Made by a program: the position numbers and the translations under genes. A DNA stretch of 45,644 bases, taken from the IMG/VR virus record IMGVR_UViG_3300037420_001400, one strand, 5' to 3'. Position 1 is the first letter of the stretch. Every line of letters begins with the position of its first letter. Positions 33,328 through 42,857 of the stretch are shown here, piece by piece. Below the pieces are notes generated by a model, which ran no database searches, was not told where the DNA came from, and was given only the letters and a program-made list of their open reading frames with translations. The DNA comes from a virus.

Positions 33328-34220
33328 TTGAACATGTCGGGCCGGTATCGCTTCGCTAATGAATCGCTGATGTAATCAATCGAGTGCCGGCAATTAAAAC
33401 CACCACAATCTACCAATGGATTGTAATCGTTCTTATCTGCCATTGGTCCGTTGTCGCTACCAATTAAAGACTTCCATTGTTCGGCCTCCTGGGTGGTAAA
33501 ACACTTTCCGTCTCTTTTCACGCAGAACGGGCGGCTTGTTTTGATTTTGCCGCCCTGGTAAATAAAGAACTGCAGATCCAATCTCTCCGCAAACTTCATC
33601 GATGTTGTTCGATCAAATTGATTATACGTATCATGCATGTGCTGGTTGAAATGCCTGACAAGTCCCCCGTCTACATTGGGGTTTCCAACGATTGTTTTTT
33701 CAAGTGTTTTAACCAAATCAGTAACCGGCTTTTTATTCGTTATTCCCTTTAGGATCTTGTCCTTTATGGAATTTTTCAACGACTCATCAGATATTAAACG
33801 ATCAAGATAGCCTCCCTTTACTATCTCGTCCTTTGAATTAAGACCAACCCGTTTTGACATGAAATCCTTGACCTCCTTTTTCACCGAATCGAACCTTTTC
33901 GGGGTTGTGTCCTCTGCAACCACCCGGAAATAATCGCCATTCAGAGAAGCTATCTTTGCAAGGTCGGCACTGAATTGCTTCAGTATGTTAGTATATTCCT
34001 TTTTATTGAAGTCTTTGTAAATAGCATCGATGTCAGATGCGAGATTCAGGTTCTTTCCGGTAGAATTAATTGATCCACCATCCAGCTCCAAATTGCTTAT
34101 AACTTTTCGGTATATCTGGTCATACAGCTTCTTTTCGGCCGCAGATATATGCTTTCGCATAAAGGCCTGGCGCTGCCTTATGAACTCCTGTTTAAGGTCA
34201 GATATTTGAGATCTGGTCAT
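33324..34220 (-). CDS. Minor head protein, Mu F / SPP1 gp7-like
   Basis: The C-terminal ..CGGFNCRHS.. motif and the position right after the portal gene fit Mu-F-like head morphogenesis proteins. Confidence 0.7.
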   Translation of the reverse strand: MTRSQISDLKQEFIRQRQAFMRKHISAAEKKLYDQIYRKVISNLELDGGSINSTGKNLNLASDIDAIYKDFNKKEYTNILKQFSADLAKIASLNGDYFRVVAEDTTPKRFDSVKKEVKDFMSKRVGLNSKDEIVKGGYLDRLISDESLKNSIKDKILKGITNKKPVTDLVKTLEKTIVGNPNVDGGLVRHFNQHMHDTYNQFDRTTSMKFAERLDLQFFIYQGGKIKTSRPFCVKRDGKCFTTQEAEQWKSLIGSDNGPMADKNDYNPLVDCGGFNCRHSIDYISDSLAKRYRPDMFN

Positions 34221-36067
34221 TCTTCAGTTTGTCCGAATGGAAGAGCAACGGCCGGTTCCTGGGTTCCAATAAGCTCAATTAGGGCCTGGACCTTTGAGGT
34301 AACAATTTCCTTTTGCTTTGCATGCGTCATCATGTAGAAATTGGGTCCTATATTTTCGTCCTCTTCAATATCCGTGAATATATTGTCGAAGTTGGCCCAC
34401 AGAATAGTGTTTTCCTTAGTGGTCTTGTTGTTGCTGATGATGTATAAAATCTCAACGTCCGTTTTGTCAGAGAACGGATAGAACTTAGATTTTATACGAA
34501 TCTTAGCCAGTTCGTCCGGCTTATCGATAAATTGGGCCTCTGCTATATCATTGCTCAATTCCTTTCGAACATATCCCGGTGCGTTGCTATCGTTTGCCAA
34601 CTTCAGTTCTGCCAGCAGCTCAGATACTGTTTTGAACTTAAAATCTTTCGGGAACTGGTGAATAATGATGGCATCCGTAATGTCCACATAATAAGCTGAT
34701 GTTTTTGCGATCTGCTTGTATACATCGCTGAACTTTTGAGCATACGGAAACAACGTATCGTATACCGATTCGAGACTTATTTTCTTTTCGGTAGCAGTGG
34801 CGGCCACCTCTGTTTGTGAGAAGATTTCGGAATTGAACACCGCATGCTTTACCTCGTTTTTAAGCTGCAGTATGTATTCATTCTGGAACTTAACAAGATC
34901 TATTGGCGGATGCGCATAGTAAACGAGCTTTGACAGGTCTTGCATGTCCTCGTCCTTTGGCGGCATTCTTAGGATAACAGCATCCTGCGCGGTCGAGTGA
35001 ATTGCTACTCCTGTACCATGGCACCGGCCGCAAACCGTTCCATCGGGAGTCATTCCTCCTACGCAGGTTATTGTTTCGCTTTTTCCCATGCACCTGGGTC
35101 CGTAAGCAAACTTCTGCGGAAAGGTGTGAAGCGCCATTGTCAAATCAAACTCAGAAACGGTTTTAACCGATTTCATCAAGTACGCCATCCCATCGTGAAA
35201 AGGATTTACGCAGGTAGCCCCATCTGTTACAAGATCGCTTTTGTATCCAACCCTGATTGCCGGGACCGTCTTTGATTTATGGTTGAATTCCTCAACAATG
35301 TACAGTTCTTTTTCATTGGCCCTAAACAGTGTTAATTGCTGCTGTATATTATCTACCAATACAGATAATGTCGAGTACTGCCCAATAACAGTTCCGCTGT
35401 ATTCATCCAATGATACCTGAGAGAATTTGAGACTGTATTCAGGACCGTATATTGTGTATGTCCATCCCTGAACAATTCCAGTTCCCGATACAACAGCGAT
35501 TGGCAGGCGAACAATCAACCATTCGAGCGCGTTGTTTTTGTAAAAAAAGTTAATCACATTCTCACTCGGAACCTCGAACGCCCTCGGTTTTGGAACTTGA
35601 GACATCGCTCCGTTTACATCCGGGGCCTCGTCAAATTCAGTTACGATAAAGGCATTGGGATCAGAAAAAGACAGTTCGGTAAACCTGGTTTCAAGGTATT
35701 TATCCAGTGACTTTTCACCCCAAAACCCTTCAATAGCATCAAAAATACGGGTTGCCTTATCAGAGGAACTTTCACTGAAATCGATCTTTTTTGCGATGTT
35801 GTTTGTTCGACCAACCTTATAGAATGGGTTCATTATGGCCGCGCAAATAGCCGGCGTAATAGGTTGTGTTATTCTCTGCCTTTGCTTGAAAAGATCCAGG
35901 TCTTCCCGGCGAACGAACTGATGAAGCAGCTCCTCGAATCCCTCGCCCGTAATCAGTGTTTTGTATTTCTTTGCAAGCTTTACAGTGCGTTCGTAATGTT
36001 CGTGCTGAAGCTTGTTTACAACGGTATCCTGAATGGCAATATATAAATCCGGGAGGGAATAAGGCAT
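34217..36067 (-). CDS. Portal protein
   Basis: 616 aa from internal ATG 36067 (MPYSLPDLYIAIQ..). Lies between terL and the Mu-F-like gene. The longer ORF to 36259 would run through the promoter region. Confidence 0.65.
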   Translation of the reverse strand: MPYSLPDLYIAIQDTVVNKLQHEHYERTVKLAKKYKTLITGEGFEELLHQFVRREDLDLFKQRQRITQPITPAICAAIMNPFYKVGRTNNIAKKIDFSESSSDKATRIFDAIEGFWGEKSLDKYLETRFTELSFSDPNAFIVTEFDEAPDVNGAMSQVPKPRAFEVPSENVINFFYKNNALEWLIVRLPIAVVSGTGIVQGWTYTIYGPEYSLKFSQVSLDEYSGTVIGQYSTLSVLVDNIQQQLTLFRANEKELYIVEEFNHKSKTVPAIRVGYKSDLVTDGATCVNPFHDGMAYLMKSVKTVSEFDLTMALHTFPQKFAYGPRCMGKSETITCVGGMTPDGTVCGRCHGTGVAIHSTAQDAVILRMPPKDEDMQDLSKLVYYAHPPIDLVKFQNEYILQLKNEVKHAVFNSEIFSQTEVAATATEKKISLESVYDTLFPYAQKFSDVYKQIAKTSAYYVDITDAIIIHQFPKDFKFKTVSELLAELKLANDSNAPGYVRKELSNDIAEAQFIDKPDELAKIRIKSKFYPFSDKTDVEILYIISNNKTTKENTILWANFDNIFTDIEEDENIGPNFYMMTHAKQKEIVTSKVQALIELIGTQEPAVALPFGQTEE

Positions 36068-36078
36068 TTCTTTTTTAG

Positions 36079-36139
36079 CAAAATTATTCCACAAAGCCGC
36101 GGAAACAGGTTGTACCGTTGTGGTTATTTTGTATATTTG
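36079..36139. promoter_or_regulatory. Late promoter unit 2 (leftward TAATTTTG + N26 + CCACAACGGTA) and a divergent rightward TAtaTTTG box
   Basis: Plus-strand CAAAATTA at 36079-36086, TACCGTTGTGG at 36113-36123, and plus-strand TAtaTTTG at 36132-36139, 4 nt before ATG 36144. Confidence 0.55.
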
Positions 36140-36143
36140 GTGG

Positions 36144-36347
36144 ATGGCCAAGAAAAAGAAATGCGCCGGAAATGGGCACATTATTAGGGCATGGATATCT
36201 GACCGATCCACTAGTGAGGTTTTATTAAACTTGCTCCCTAAATCATGCCCACCCCACATCTACGACAATGCAAAGGTTGTGTTTCGTGACGGTGAATTAA
36301 AAACACTATCCAAATGCGCGTATTGCGGGTTTGAATTAATATTTTGA
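36144..36347 (+). CDS. Small Cys-containing (zinc-ribbon-like) protein, opposite-strand insert
   Basis: Internal ATG 36144 (MAKKKKCAGNGH..CPPH..CAYCGF). Plus strand, between portal and terL. Confidence 0.45.
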   Translation: MAKKKKCAGNGHIIRAWISDRSTSEVLLNLLPKSCPPHIYDNAKVVFRDGELKTLSKCAYCGFELIF

Positions 36348-36350
36348 AGT

Positions 36351-36803
36351 ATGCTTACATCAGAATTAAGACGCGGGAATATCGTCGCTAAAATAGATCG
36401 ATCAAATTATGTTCATATTCCAATCTATAATATTCCATTTGTGATAGAGGGAATTGATGCTTTCGAGGTTGAGGTTTATAGGTTAGGGGAAAACCCAGTT
36501 CAAACCAAAGAGTTTTTTAAATTCTCGAATAACGATATATGTGGCATCCCACTCACCGAGGAATGGTTGTTGAGGTTGGGAGTTAATAGGCAAACATCGA
36601 ATCATCACACCGTGTACCACAACGATAGGGTTTTGTTTCAACTATATAACGGAGCTCTGGTAATTGAGGGCATAAGTATGCCACTGAAATTAGAATATGT
36701 CCACCAACTCCAAAACCTATATTTCGCCTTGACGGGCGAGGAGCTTATTCCTAATCCGGCTTATAAAGACTCGGAAACGCGCCAACAAGGAAGTACCTCA
36801 TAG
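36351..36803 (+). CDS. Hypothetical protein, opposite-strand insert (moron-like)
   Basis: 150-aa ORF. Its last 53 nt overlap the 3' end of terL convergently. Confidence 0.5.
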   Translation: MLTSELRRGNIVAKIDRSNYVHIPIYNIPFVIEGIDAFEVEVYRLGENPVQTKEFFKFSNNDICGIPLTEEWLLRLGVNRQTSNHHTVYHNDRVLFQLYNGALVIEGISMPLKLEYVHQLQNLYFALTGEELIPNPAYKDSETRQQGSTS

Positions 36804-38238
36804 TATCGCTTGTATGACCGTACTTCTCGAATGTCTGCCCAGTCCTCTCATCCTTGACTTTCTCGATCAGCTTGCCCCCATCCGGACCTTCTTTCAAGAA
36901 CTCAAGGTCCTTTATCAGGTTTTTGCATTTGGTCCCAATAACAATTTTCAGGTTAGGAAATCCACCCTCGAATATCTTATTCACAAAGTCCCTACTCCTT
37001 ACCACTGAAGGATTTCTTTTAATCACCCGGTCGCTATTGTCGTTAAGATATGGTTTAAGGACCTTCTCCAGCTGCTCGAAATTGTGGGTATCGCTTACCG
37101 TTGATCTCGATTTTCCCGATGCGTCACCGTAGTAAAACAGCGCCGACTTAATTCGTCCATATTCCTTTATCGGAATCATAACTCGCCCTTCGAAATGCTT
37201 ACACAGGGCCTCAGTTTTATTGTTTGGAGCTTCAAGGCATATCTCATCAAAAGCTCTTATCTCGTAGATATCACCCTCTTTTACTATTTGCCAGCAGGTC
37301 ATTGTTATGTACGGAACAACGTTAAAGTCAAGGCTTATATGGATAGGAACCCCTTCTACAATTCCAATATCCTGGCAGTGACCCAACCTATTAAACGAGC
37401 TAAACATTTCCCCTCCCGATTTGGCAATTGGAGATCCGTAAATAAGCATGTCGATTTTGTCCTTGTTGCCGGCAAACTCTTCCATTTTACGCTGAATGAA
37501 TCCTTTCGGCAGGTTCTCTTCATTATGCCATGTGCTGCTAATAACCGCCAACTTATCCTTTGTTTCCAGCTTGAAATAATCCGTCTTACTAAAGATCTTC
37601 TGACTGATCTCGTCGTACAAATCGGAAAGACCAAACCACTCGTTGAGCCAGTACACCTTTGCGGGTGACGTGAAAATGTATAGGGGATTGTAGCCCTCAG
37701 TTGTAACTTTTGGATAATCGTATACAACTCCGGCGGCATCTACATACATTGCCTTTTGTCGCATCCTCCAAATGATAACCTCCTTTACCGCTTCTTCTTT
37801 TGTGTCCTTAGTTTCATCCAGCATGGCCCAACCTAATTCCGTTCCGTCAAGCACCTTGTAATTGTCGAGGGAGGCGGTAAAGATTAAGGCGCCATTATCG
37901 AACGAAATAGTATTCTTGTAAGATTCGAGAGGCTGCCCGTGTCTTTTGAAGTGAGCGGGAGGTATTATATTTGTAACATAGTGAACGCCATTTTTCCAGC
38001 CGAACACATCATGCCAGGTTTCGAATACGCGCTTTAACGTGGACTTTGATAGCTGAGAATAGGTGTTAGCCGCTATAAGACCAACGGCATTAGGAAAGTT
38101 GATAACGAAATCAGCAGAACCCAAAGCGATGCCGTGCGTCTTACCACTACCAGCCCCAGCCAAGAATAGGTTTAGGTTCTTAGTCGAGGAAAGTATATCG
38201 TGTTGCGGTGCAGATACATTTATTTCTTTTGTTTCCAA
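36751..38238 (-). CDS. terL: Terminase large subunit
   Basis: Walker A LAGAGSGKT, Walker B-like AMLDET, and a C-terminal nuclease-type ..GHTSDTMRY.. motif. 495 aa. Confidence 0.9.
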   Translation of the reverse strand: METKEINVSAPQHDILSSTKNLNLFLAGAGSGKTHGIALGSADFVINFPNAVGLIAANTYSQLSKSTLKRVFETWHDVFGWKNGVHYVTNIIPPAHFKRHGQPLESYKNTISFDNGALIFTASLDNYKVLDGTELGWAMLDETKDTKEEAVKEVIIWRMRQKAMYVDAAGVVYDYPKVTTEGYNPLYIFTSPAKVYWLNEWFGLSDLYDEISQKIFSKTDYFKLETKDKLAVISSTWHNEENLPKGFIQRKMEEFAGNKDKIDMLIYGSPIAKSGGEMFSSFNRLGHCQDIGIVEGVPIHISLDFNVVPYITMTCWQIVKEGDIYEIRAFDEICLEAPNNKTEALCKHFEGRVMIPIKEYGRIKSALFYYGDASGKSRSTVSDTHNFEQLEKVLKPYLNDNSDRVIKRNPSVVRSRDFVNKIFEGGFPNLKIVIGTKCKNLIKDLEFLKEGPDGGKLIEKVKDERTGQTFEKYGHTSDTMRYFLVGAFPSLYKPD

Positions 38239-38483
38239 ATCTTATCCATTTCATCCTTTACTAAAACAGAGTTTTTGTCAATGCCGCAGTTTTTTATATC
38301 CATAACTAACTTCTTTTGCTTTCTGAACCTAATTAATTCATCAATGCTAATTTCATCAAGGTAATTCTTGAGGTTCTCTATAATAATATCGCAGGCCTTT
38401 AGATGGCAGTATGACTTGCATGAATAAATAATATTTACAGCTTTTTCAAAAATCGGGGAATATGTTATTTTTTTAGCGCTCAT
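38220..38483 (-). CDS. Hypothetical protein (last gene of the glycosyltransferase island)
   Basis: 87-aa ORF. TAATG overlap with the upstream GT gene and 19-nt overlap with the terL start. Confidence 0.5.
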   Translation of the reverse strand: MSAKKITYSPIFEKAVNIIYSCKSYCHLKACDIIIENLKNYLDEISIDELIRFRKQKKLVMDIKNCGIDKNSVLVKDEMDKIWKQKK

Positions 38484-39235
38484 TATTTTATTACCTCCTT
38501 ATCAAACCAAGGGTGATCCATCATTAATTCCGGTAATTCGTTCCTGTTAAATGGTTTTGGGTTCCACGTATCCCTGCAGGTTGGGTGAACATCCATAACG
38601 GGCGGGAAAGGTTTATACTTTTCTTCAAACCATCGTTGCTTTGGCAGTATCCATTCCTTGCTGTGCCCGTGAATACTTATCTTATACTCGATGTCCTCAA
38701 AACGCCTTGCATAACCGAAATGCCAAACCTGGTTAGTTGGCTTATCGGAGTAAATCAATCCTGTTTTATTCGGGCCTATATAATAAATTCGCTCCTGCCT
38801 CATTGGATCATCACAGATGTAATTGAACGATCTCCACAAGTGACGCATCCAAACGAGGCACTTTTCAGATCTCTTTTCGTATACCTCCTGAATGAGTTCT
38901 TTCAGGTATTGTGTATTCCAAACCTCGTCCGAATCCAGAGCAACGACTATATCGAATTCATGCTTTCTGGCATAATCGAAAGCCGCGTTCCGGTGTTGGT
39001 TTTCCCTGAACCAGACCCCGTTGTGCCATACAACCTTATTCTTGTCATCATTACTCCATGCTTGTTGCTGCAGGCGTTCCCTTGTGTCCGAACAGGACAT
39101 TGAACTAACTGATCCGTGAGACGGTCTCGACGTATACAGTATAAGAATCTCATCTACACAGTCGTATACGGACCCGATAGCATATTTTAGGTAATCGCAC
39201 CCATAGTGCAGTGGTATGTAGGCGAGGACTTTCAT
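38483..39235 (-). CDS. GT-A fold glycosyltransferase (GT2-like)
   Basis: N-terminal LAYIPLHYGCDYLKYAIGSV.. and an ..ALDSDEVW.. (DxD-type) motif. 250 aa with no TM segment. Confidence 0.55.
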   Translation of the reverse strand: MKVLAYIPLHYGCDYLKYAIGSVYDCVDEILILYTSRPSHGSVSSMSCSDTRERLQQQAWSNDDKNKVVWHNGVWFRENQHRNAAFDYARKHEFDIVVALDSDEVWNTQYLKELIQEVYEKRSEKCLVWMRHLWRSFNYICDDPMRQERIYYIGPNKTGLIYSDKPTNQVWHFGYARRFEDIEYKISIHGHSKEWILPKQRWFEEKYKPFPPVMDVHPTCRDTWNPKPFNRNELPELMMDHPWFDKEVIK

Positions 39236-39468
39236 TAATTATTTGAAAACATTGTTTTGAACCCAAATACAATCCAGTATGGATTTTGTGTTTCATATCC
39301 ATAATTAGGCTTATATGTAGAATAGTTAACATCCGTAGTGAATCGAAAGAACTCAAATACAACTCCTACAGGGTTTTCGGTTGGAAGATCCTTAGCCACA
39401 TATCCAGTAACATAGTGATCGAATTTTTTCGATAGTTTTTTTCTGAGCAGTTCTAAAGGTTCATGCAT
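39235..39468 (-). CDS. Hypothetical protein in the glycosyltransferase island
   Basis: 77-aa ORF overlapping both neighbours. Confidence 0.45.
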   Translation of the reverse strand: MHEPLELLRKKLSKKFDHYVTGYVAKDLPTENPVGVVFEFFRFTTDVNYSTYKPNYGYETQNPYWIVFGFKTMFSNN

Positions 39469-40078
39469 ATTGCCCCCTTATTTGTTCGCATTGCTGCGGG
39501 GTTAAATATTTATCGATAGCGTGGCAGCCGAATGTTCCTAGTTGGAAAATTGATTCGCAACTGAATTTCTTACAGGCTTCTTTGTTGTAATGGCTGTGTG
39601 TTTGGTATAAAGCGTTTGAGAAAAACACGTCCTCGTTGCCATGTTTTGAGTAATCGTAAGGTCCATGCTTTTCGATTGCCTTTATCATTTCCGATTTCTT
39701 TCGGAAAGATAGACCTCCGTTACCTCCGTTTGATTGGAATTTCCATGGAGCGCCTAAGTACTCGTAGTTGAAAAACTCTTCGATGCCGGGTCTAAGTATT
39801 TCGCTGTCGTGCTGAAATATTAATATGTTTTCCTCATCGATTAATCCCCAAAATCCTAATATGGTTAGCAGCTTGTTATACAAATTCTGATCTATTGGCT
39901 CTTCAAGATCAACAAATGTGTATTTAAAGTCAGCCCGTGACAGCAATAAGTCAACCTGATCGCTACCGAATACATACAGCTTCGTGTAATACGGTAGAAA
40001 TTTAAGATGATTCTCAATTACCTGTTTCAAGTTGTTAAGCGGTCGAGTCTCTACTATGACGGCGGCTAATTCACTCAT
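39461..40078 (-). CDS. DUF5672-like putative glycosyltransferase
   Basis: ..ILIFQHDSEI..YEYLGAPW..GNGGLSFRK..NEDVFF.. matches the pattern I associate with DUF5672 proteins. Confidence 0.5.
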   Translation of the reverse strand: MSELAAVIVETRPLNNLKQVIENHLKFLPYYTKLYVFGSDQVDLLLSRADFKYTFVDLEEPIDQNLYNKLLTILGFWGLIDEENILIFQHDSEILRPGIEEFFNYEYLGAPWKFQSNGGNGGLSFRKKSEMIKAIEKHGPYDYSKHGNEDVFFSNALYQTHSHYNKEACKKFSCESIFQLGTFGCHAIDKYLTPQQCEQIRGQYA

Positions 40079-40839
40079 AACGTGGTTTTCAAAAGGTGTT
40101 TGTATTTGTCAACGTTCAGTCGCAATTCATCTGGGAAACTCTCATCAATCGGAACGATCTCAAACGAATACCCGCGGTTAAATAGGTCCTCATTCCTTTC
40201 CATCCTTGCGCGTATGTGATGCTCATTATTGTACTCCGGCAGATTCATGTCCTGGTGAGCAAAGGCGTTTATCTTCTCGCTTATCCGATCGGGTCCGCCC
40301 ATGTATGAGAAGTGCCAGCCCATTTTATCATGCACAATATCAGGTTCTTTTCCCCTCATCTCGTGAGGGCTCCAATATTTAAGATAATCGTACCTGAAAG
40401 CTTTAATGATCGTTTGTTCAAGGCTCATTTTGCAATTCAGGTGGTAGTAATAGTATTGCATAGGGAAGCCGGCAACACCTGATCCAATGGCTCCAAAATC
40501 AAACCCTTTTAAATTCGGCATCTCGTCTACATCCGAAACAATCACTATATCATCCGACTTTGCTCCATCACGTTCAAGACCATCCCGGATACTGTTCCTT
40601 TGAGCGAATTCATTACCCCATTCCCCTCGGCCGCCAAAGTCCATAGCAACGTGTACGATCTTTGGCAGAAACTTGGCGAACCGTTCCTTATTCTCTTCGA
40701 AGTACAGCGGCTTTTCCTTGAATGTAAATGTCTTTTTGCACTCCGCAATAACAAATTTATCCACATAAGGATCCAGCTCATTCAGCCGAATTTCAAGCAG
40801 ATCAAGTTCATTAAAGAATGTGAAGCAGTCGTAAATCAT
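40075..40839 (-). CDS. Glycosyltransferase family 17-like (bisecting GlcNAc-transferase family)
   Basis: MIYDCFTFFNELDLLEIRLNELDPYVDKFVIAE.. and ..GWHFSYMGG..KINAFAHQ.. are the hallmark GT17 blocks. Confidence 0.75.
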   Translation of the reverse strand: MIYDCFTFFNELDLLEIRLNELDPYVDKFVIAECKKTFTFKEKPLYFEENKERFAKFLPKIVHVAMDFGGRGEWGNEFAQRNSIRDGLERDGAKSDDIVIVSDVDEMPNLKGFDFGAIGSGVAGFPMQYYYYHLNCKMSLEQTIIKAFRYDYLKYWSPHEMRGKEPDIVHDKMGWHFSYMGGPDRISEKINAFAHQDMNLPEYNNEHHIRARMERNEDLFNRGYSFEIVPIDESFPDELRLNVDKYKHLLKTTL

Positions 40840-40848
40840 TTCTGTTTT

Positions 40849-40947
40849 CTATTTTAAGAAGTGTTCAACAATTCTGTAAACAATGGTTCCGAAATACATA
40901 CCGCACCATATAGGACTTGATATAAATCTGTATAGTTTATCCTTCAT
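40849..40947 (-). CDS. 32-aa hydrophobic micro-protein
   Basis: Hand translation: MKDKLYRFISSPIWCGMYFGTIVYRIVEHFLK. Its ATG overlaps the upstream stop (ATGA). Confidence 0.3.
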   Translation of the reverse strand: MKDKLYRFISSPIWCGMYFGTIVYRIVEHFLK

Positions 40948-41846
40948 ATCATTTTCATTAAGTCTTCAATTCTATTTCTCCACGTATGGTTAGCATGGAC
41001 GTGTAGGCTTCCAAGTTCTGCCATTTCCGCCCTGATCAGATCGTTTTCTATGAATGCATCTATCTTACTAAACAGCTCACTGAAATTATCCCACGTTTCG
41101 AGGTGCTTGCCGATTACAAACTCCCTTCCTATTCCTTGATAATTGTGACTAAGCACCATACGCCCCGATCCCATTGCCCTTAGCATTCGGTCTGACGTGT
41201 ATCTCGGATAGTCGAAGTGACTAAGGTTAATTGCAATCTTTGCTGCCCTGTACATTGATGCCTCGGCGTGTTGATCGGTAATAGACATTGTTCCGGATCC
41301 CCAACCGCTACCGTATACGCCAAACCTACTTCCGTATCGTTGTTTCAGGGAACGTACCATATCCTGCCTCATTTTACTGAGCGGAAACCCTCCCGGATTG
41401 TTGCCAAAGAACACTATTTCCGGCACATCAAACGCCTTTAGTCCATTCGGAGTGAATATCTTATCCGGCACACCGATCTGCAGATAATCGGATTTGATCC
41501 CATGCCTTCTGCAAATCTCTACATCGTACATGTTGGTGAATAAGGTCAGATGTATGTGCCGGCCCACGTCAATATACCATTGTGGAGTTGGAGCCCTTAC
41601 GTCTCCCGTCCAATTCACAATCTTAGTCTTTGCCGAAAGCTCCTTCATCATCCATGGCAGGACAATACCAGGCGTTTGTATTTGCATGAACACGAGATCC
41701 GGCGAATGCTGATCAACCAACGACCGTAACGCGTAGTTAACATCGCAACGATCCTTAGTGAAATCCCAATAAATAACATCCCCATGCAATGCTAATGCAT
41801 CACGAATATCGAATTGATTGCCGAGGGCTACTTGCAGGGTTTTCAC
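40944..41846 (-). CDS. CgeB-like (Glyco_trans_1_2-type) glycosyltransferase
   Basis: ..FFGNN..R..MV..L..RFGVYGSGW..YRAAKIAINLSH..YTSDRMLRAMGSG..L.. resembles CgeB-family GT-B C-terminal domains. GTG start overlaps the upstream stop (GTGA). Confidence 0.6.
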   Translation of the reverse strand: MKTLQVALGNQFDIRDALALHGDVIYWDFTKDRCDVNYALRSLVDQHSPDLVFMQIQTPGIVLPWMMKELSAKTKIVNWTGDVRAPTPQWYIDVGRHIHLTLFTNMYDVEICRRHGIKSDYLQIGVPDKIFTPNGLKAFDVPEIVFFGNNPGGFPLSKMRQDMVRSLKQRYGSRFGVYGSGWGSGTMSITDQHAEASMYRAAKIAINLSHFDYPRYTSDRMLRAMGSGRMVLSHNYQGIGREFVIGKHLETWDNFSELFSKIDAFIENDLIRAEMAELGSLHVHANHTWRNRIEDLMKMI

Positions 41847-41992
41847 AGATGTTTATTTATGAACTTTTCAAGATTGATGCACCAGTGAAAGATGATTAAT
41901 AAAACAGAAAGCTTCCATCCGAACCAGAAGACAGTTAGAACAAGCAGTAGCACATAAAGGGCTACGGTGAATATCGTTAGGTATTTTTTCAT
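41843..41992 (-). CDS. 49-aa two-TM micro-protein
   Basis: Hand translation: MKKYLTIFTVALYVLLLVLTVFWFGWKLSVLLIIFHWCINLEKFINKHL. 4-nt overlaps at both ends. Confidence 0.4.
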   Translation of the reverse strand: MKKYLTIFTVALYVLLLVLTVFWFGWKLSVLLIIFHWCINLEKFINKHL

Positions 41993-42594
41993 TCGTGCGG
42001 TGTTATCATTTTATATGGTTGCGGGACCCGGTTGCTTGGGTTGTAATTCCTCACACCAGAATTATGCAAGTGATAGGTCTTTATCGTTTTTGATGGATTC
42101 AGGACATTGTATCCTGCCACATGTGCCCTGTTTGCAATGGCATTATCGCAGCCAGCTATTCCCTGAAAGAAATCAGCATTCATTTTACGGGCTTTCCCCT
42201 TAAATGCCCATGTGTCCTGTGAATCCCATGTGTTGTGATGTTTGATATTGCCATTCTTATCAACATCCCAACGAGCTAAGGCAATGAAATCGTTATGCGT
42301 GTATTTGTTCAACAGGCCAATAGTTTCGTCCGTGTAGATGTCCGAATTAATCAGGACATTCCAATCATCCGGACCGGTCACTGAGTTGATGATGTCAAAC
42401 ATCGCATTATATGTTGGTCGGTAGTGGATCAAACAGTATGTTACATCGTTTATGGCCGGGAGTGGAAATCCATCATGTATAATGAATATGCGGTCAACAG
42501 ATGCGTTGGATCTGTTATTTCTAATGCACTTATCAATCTCATCCTGCCTTGCCGGAACTTTATCTACGTAATATGGGATAAACAGATTGATCAT
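41989..42594 (-). CDS. Putative glycosyltransferase-like protein (family not recognised)
   Basis: ..VLINSDIY.., ..SQDTWAF.. and ..GIAGCDNAIANRAHVAGYNVLNPS..YHLH.. recall a viral/bacterial GT-like family. Assignment is tentative. Confidence 0.35.
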   Translation of the reverse strand: MINLFIPYYVDKVPARQDEIDKCIRNNRSNASVDRIFIIHDGFPLPAINDVTYCLIHYRPTYNAMFDIINSVTGPDDWNVLINSDIYTDETIGLLNKYTHNDFIALARWDVDKNGNIKHHNTWDSQDTWAFKGKARKMNADFFQGIAGCDNAIANRAHVAGYNVLNPSKTIKTYHLHNSGVRNYNPSNRVPQPYKMITPHE

Positions 42595-42857
42595 TTATTC
42601 TTTACTACAAGCAGCCCAGATTTAATTTGGTTCTCCATGAACTGGCCCTGCACAACTATACGGCACCCATAACGGATCCACTCTGGAGATTCCAGGAAGG
42701 TATTTAGCGCGTTCTTAGCGGATTCAACGTCCAACCTGTCGAGGCGCTCGATCTCATCCTTTATTTTCTGTCTCTCATTAGCCTTGCGGTTCTCTTCCTT
42801 AATGAGGAGTCCTCTGCCAGATTGTTCTCTCTGTTTGATTGTTGGTTTCTTTGCCAT
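42591..42857 (-). CDS. Hypothetical basic coiled protein in the glycosyltransferase island
   Basis: Start at internal ATG 42857 (MAKKPTIKQ..), a TAATG overlap with the GT2 stop. Confidence 0.45.
   Translation of the reverse strand: MAKKPTIKQREQSGRGLLIKEENRKANERQKIKDEIERLDRLDVESAKNALNTFLESPEWIRYGCRIVVQGQFMENQIKSGLLVVKNK

Noticed and set aside
36068-36259. N-terminal 64-aa extension of the portal ORF (start at 36259)
   Set aside because: The extension would run through the divergent promoter region and overlap the plus-strand gene start. The internal ATG 36067 follows a -7 box at the same distance class as the other late units.
37195-39103. Plus-strand ORFs 37195..37668 and 38585..39103
   Set aside because: They are antisense to terL (Walker motifs) and to a GT2-like gene (DSDE motif). 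Their composition is typical of shadow frames.
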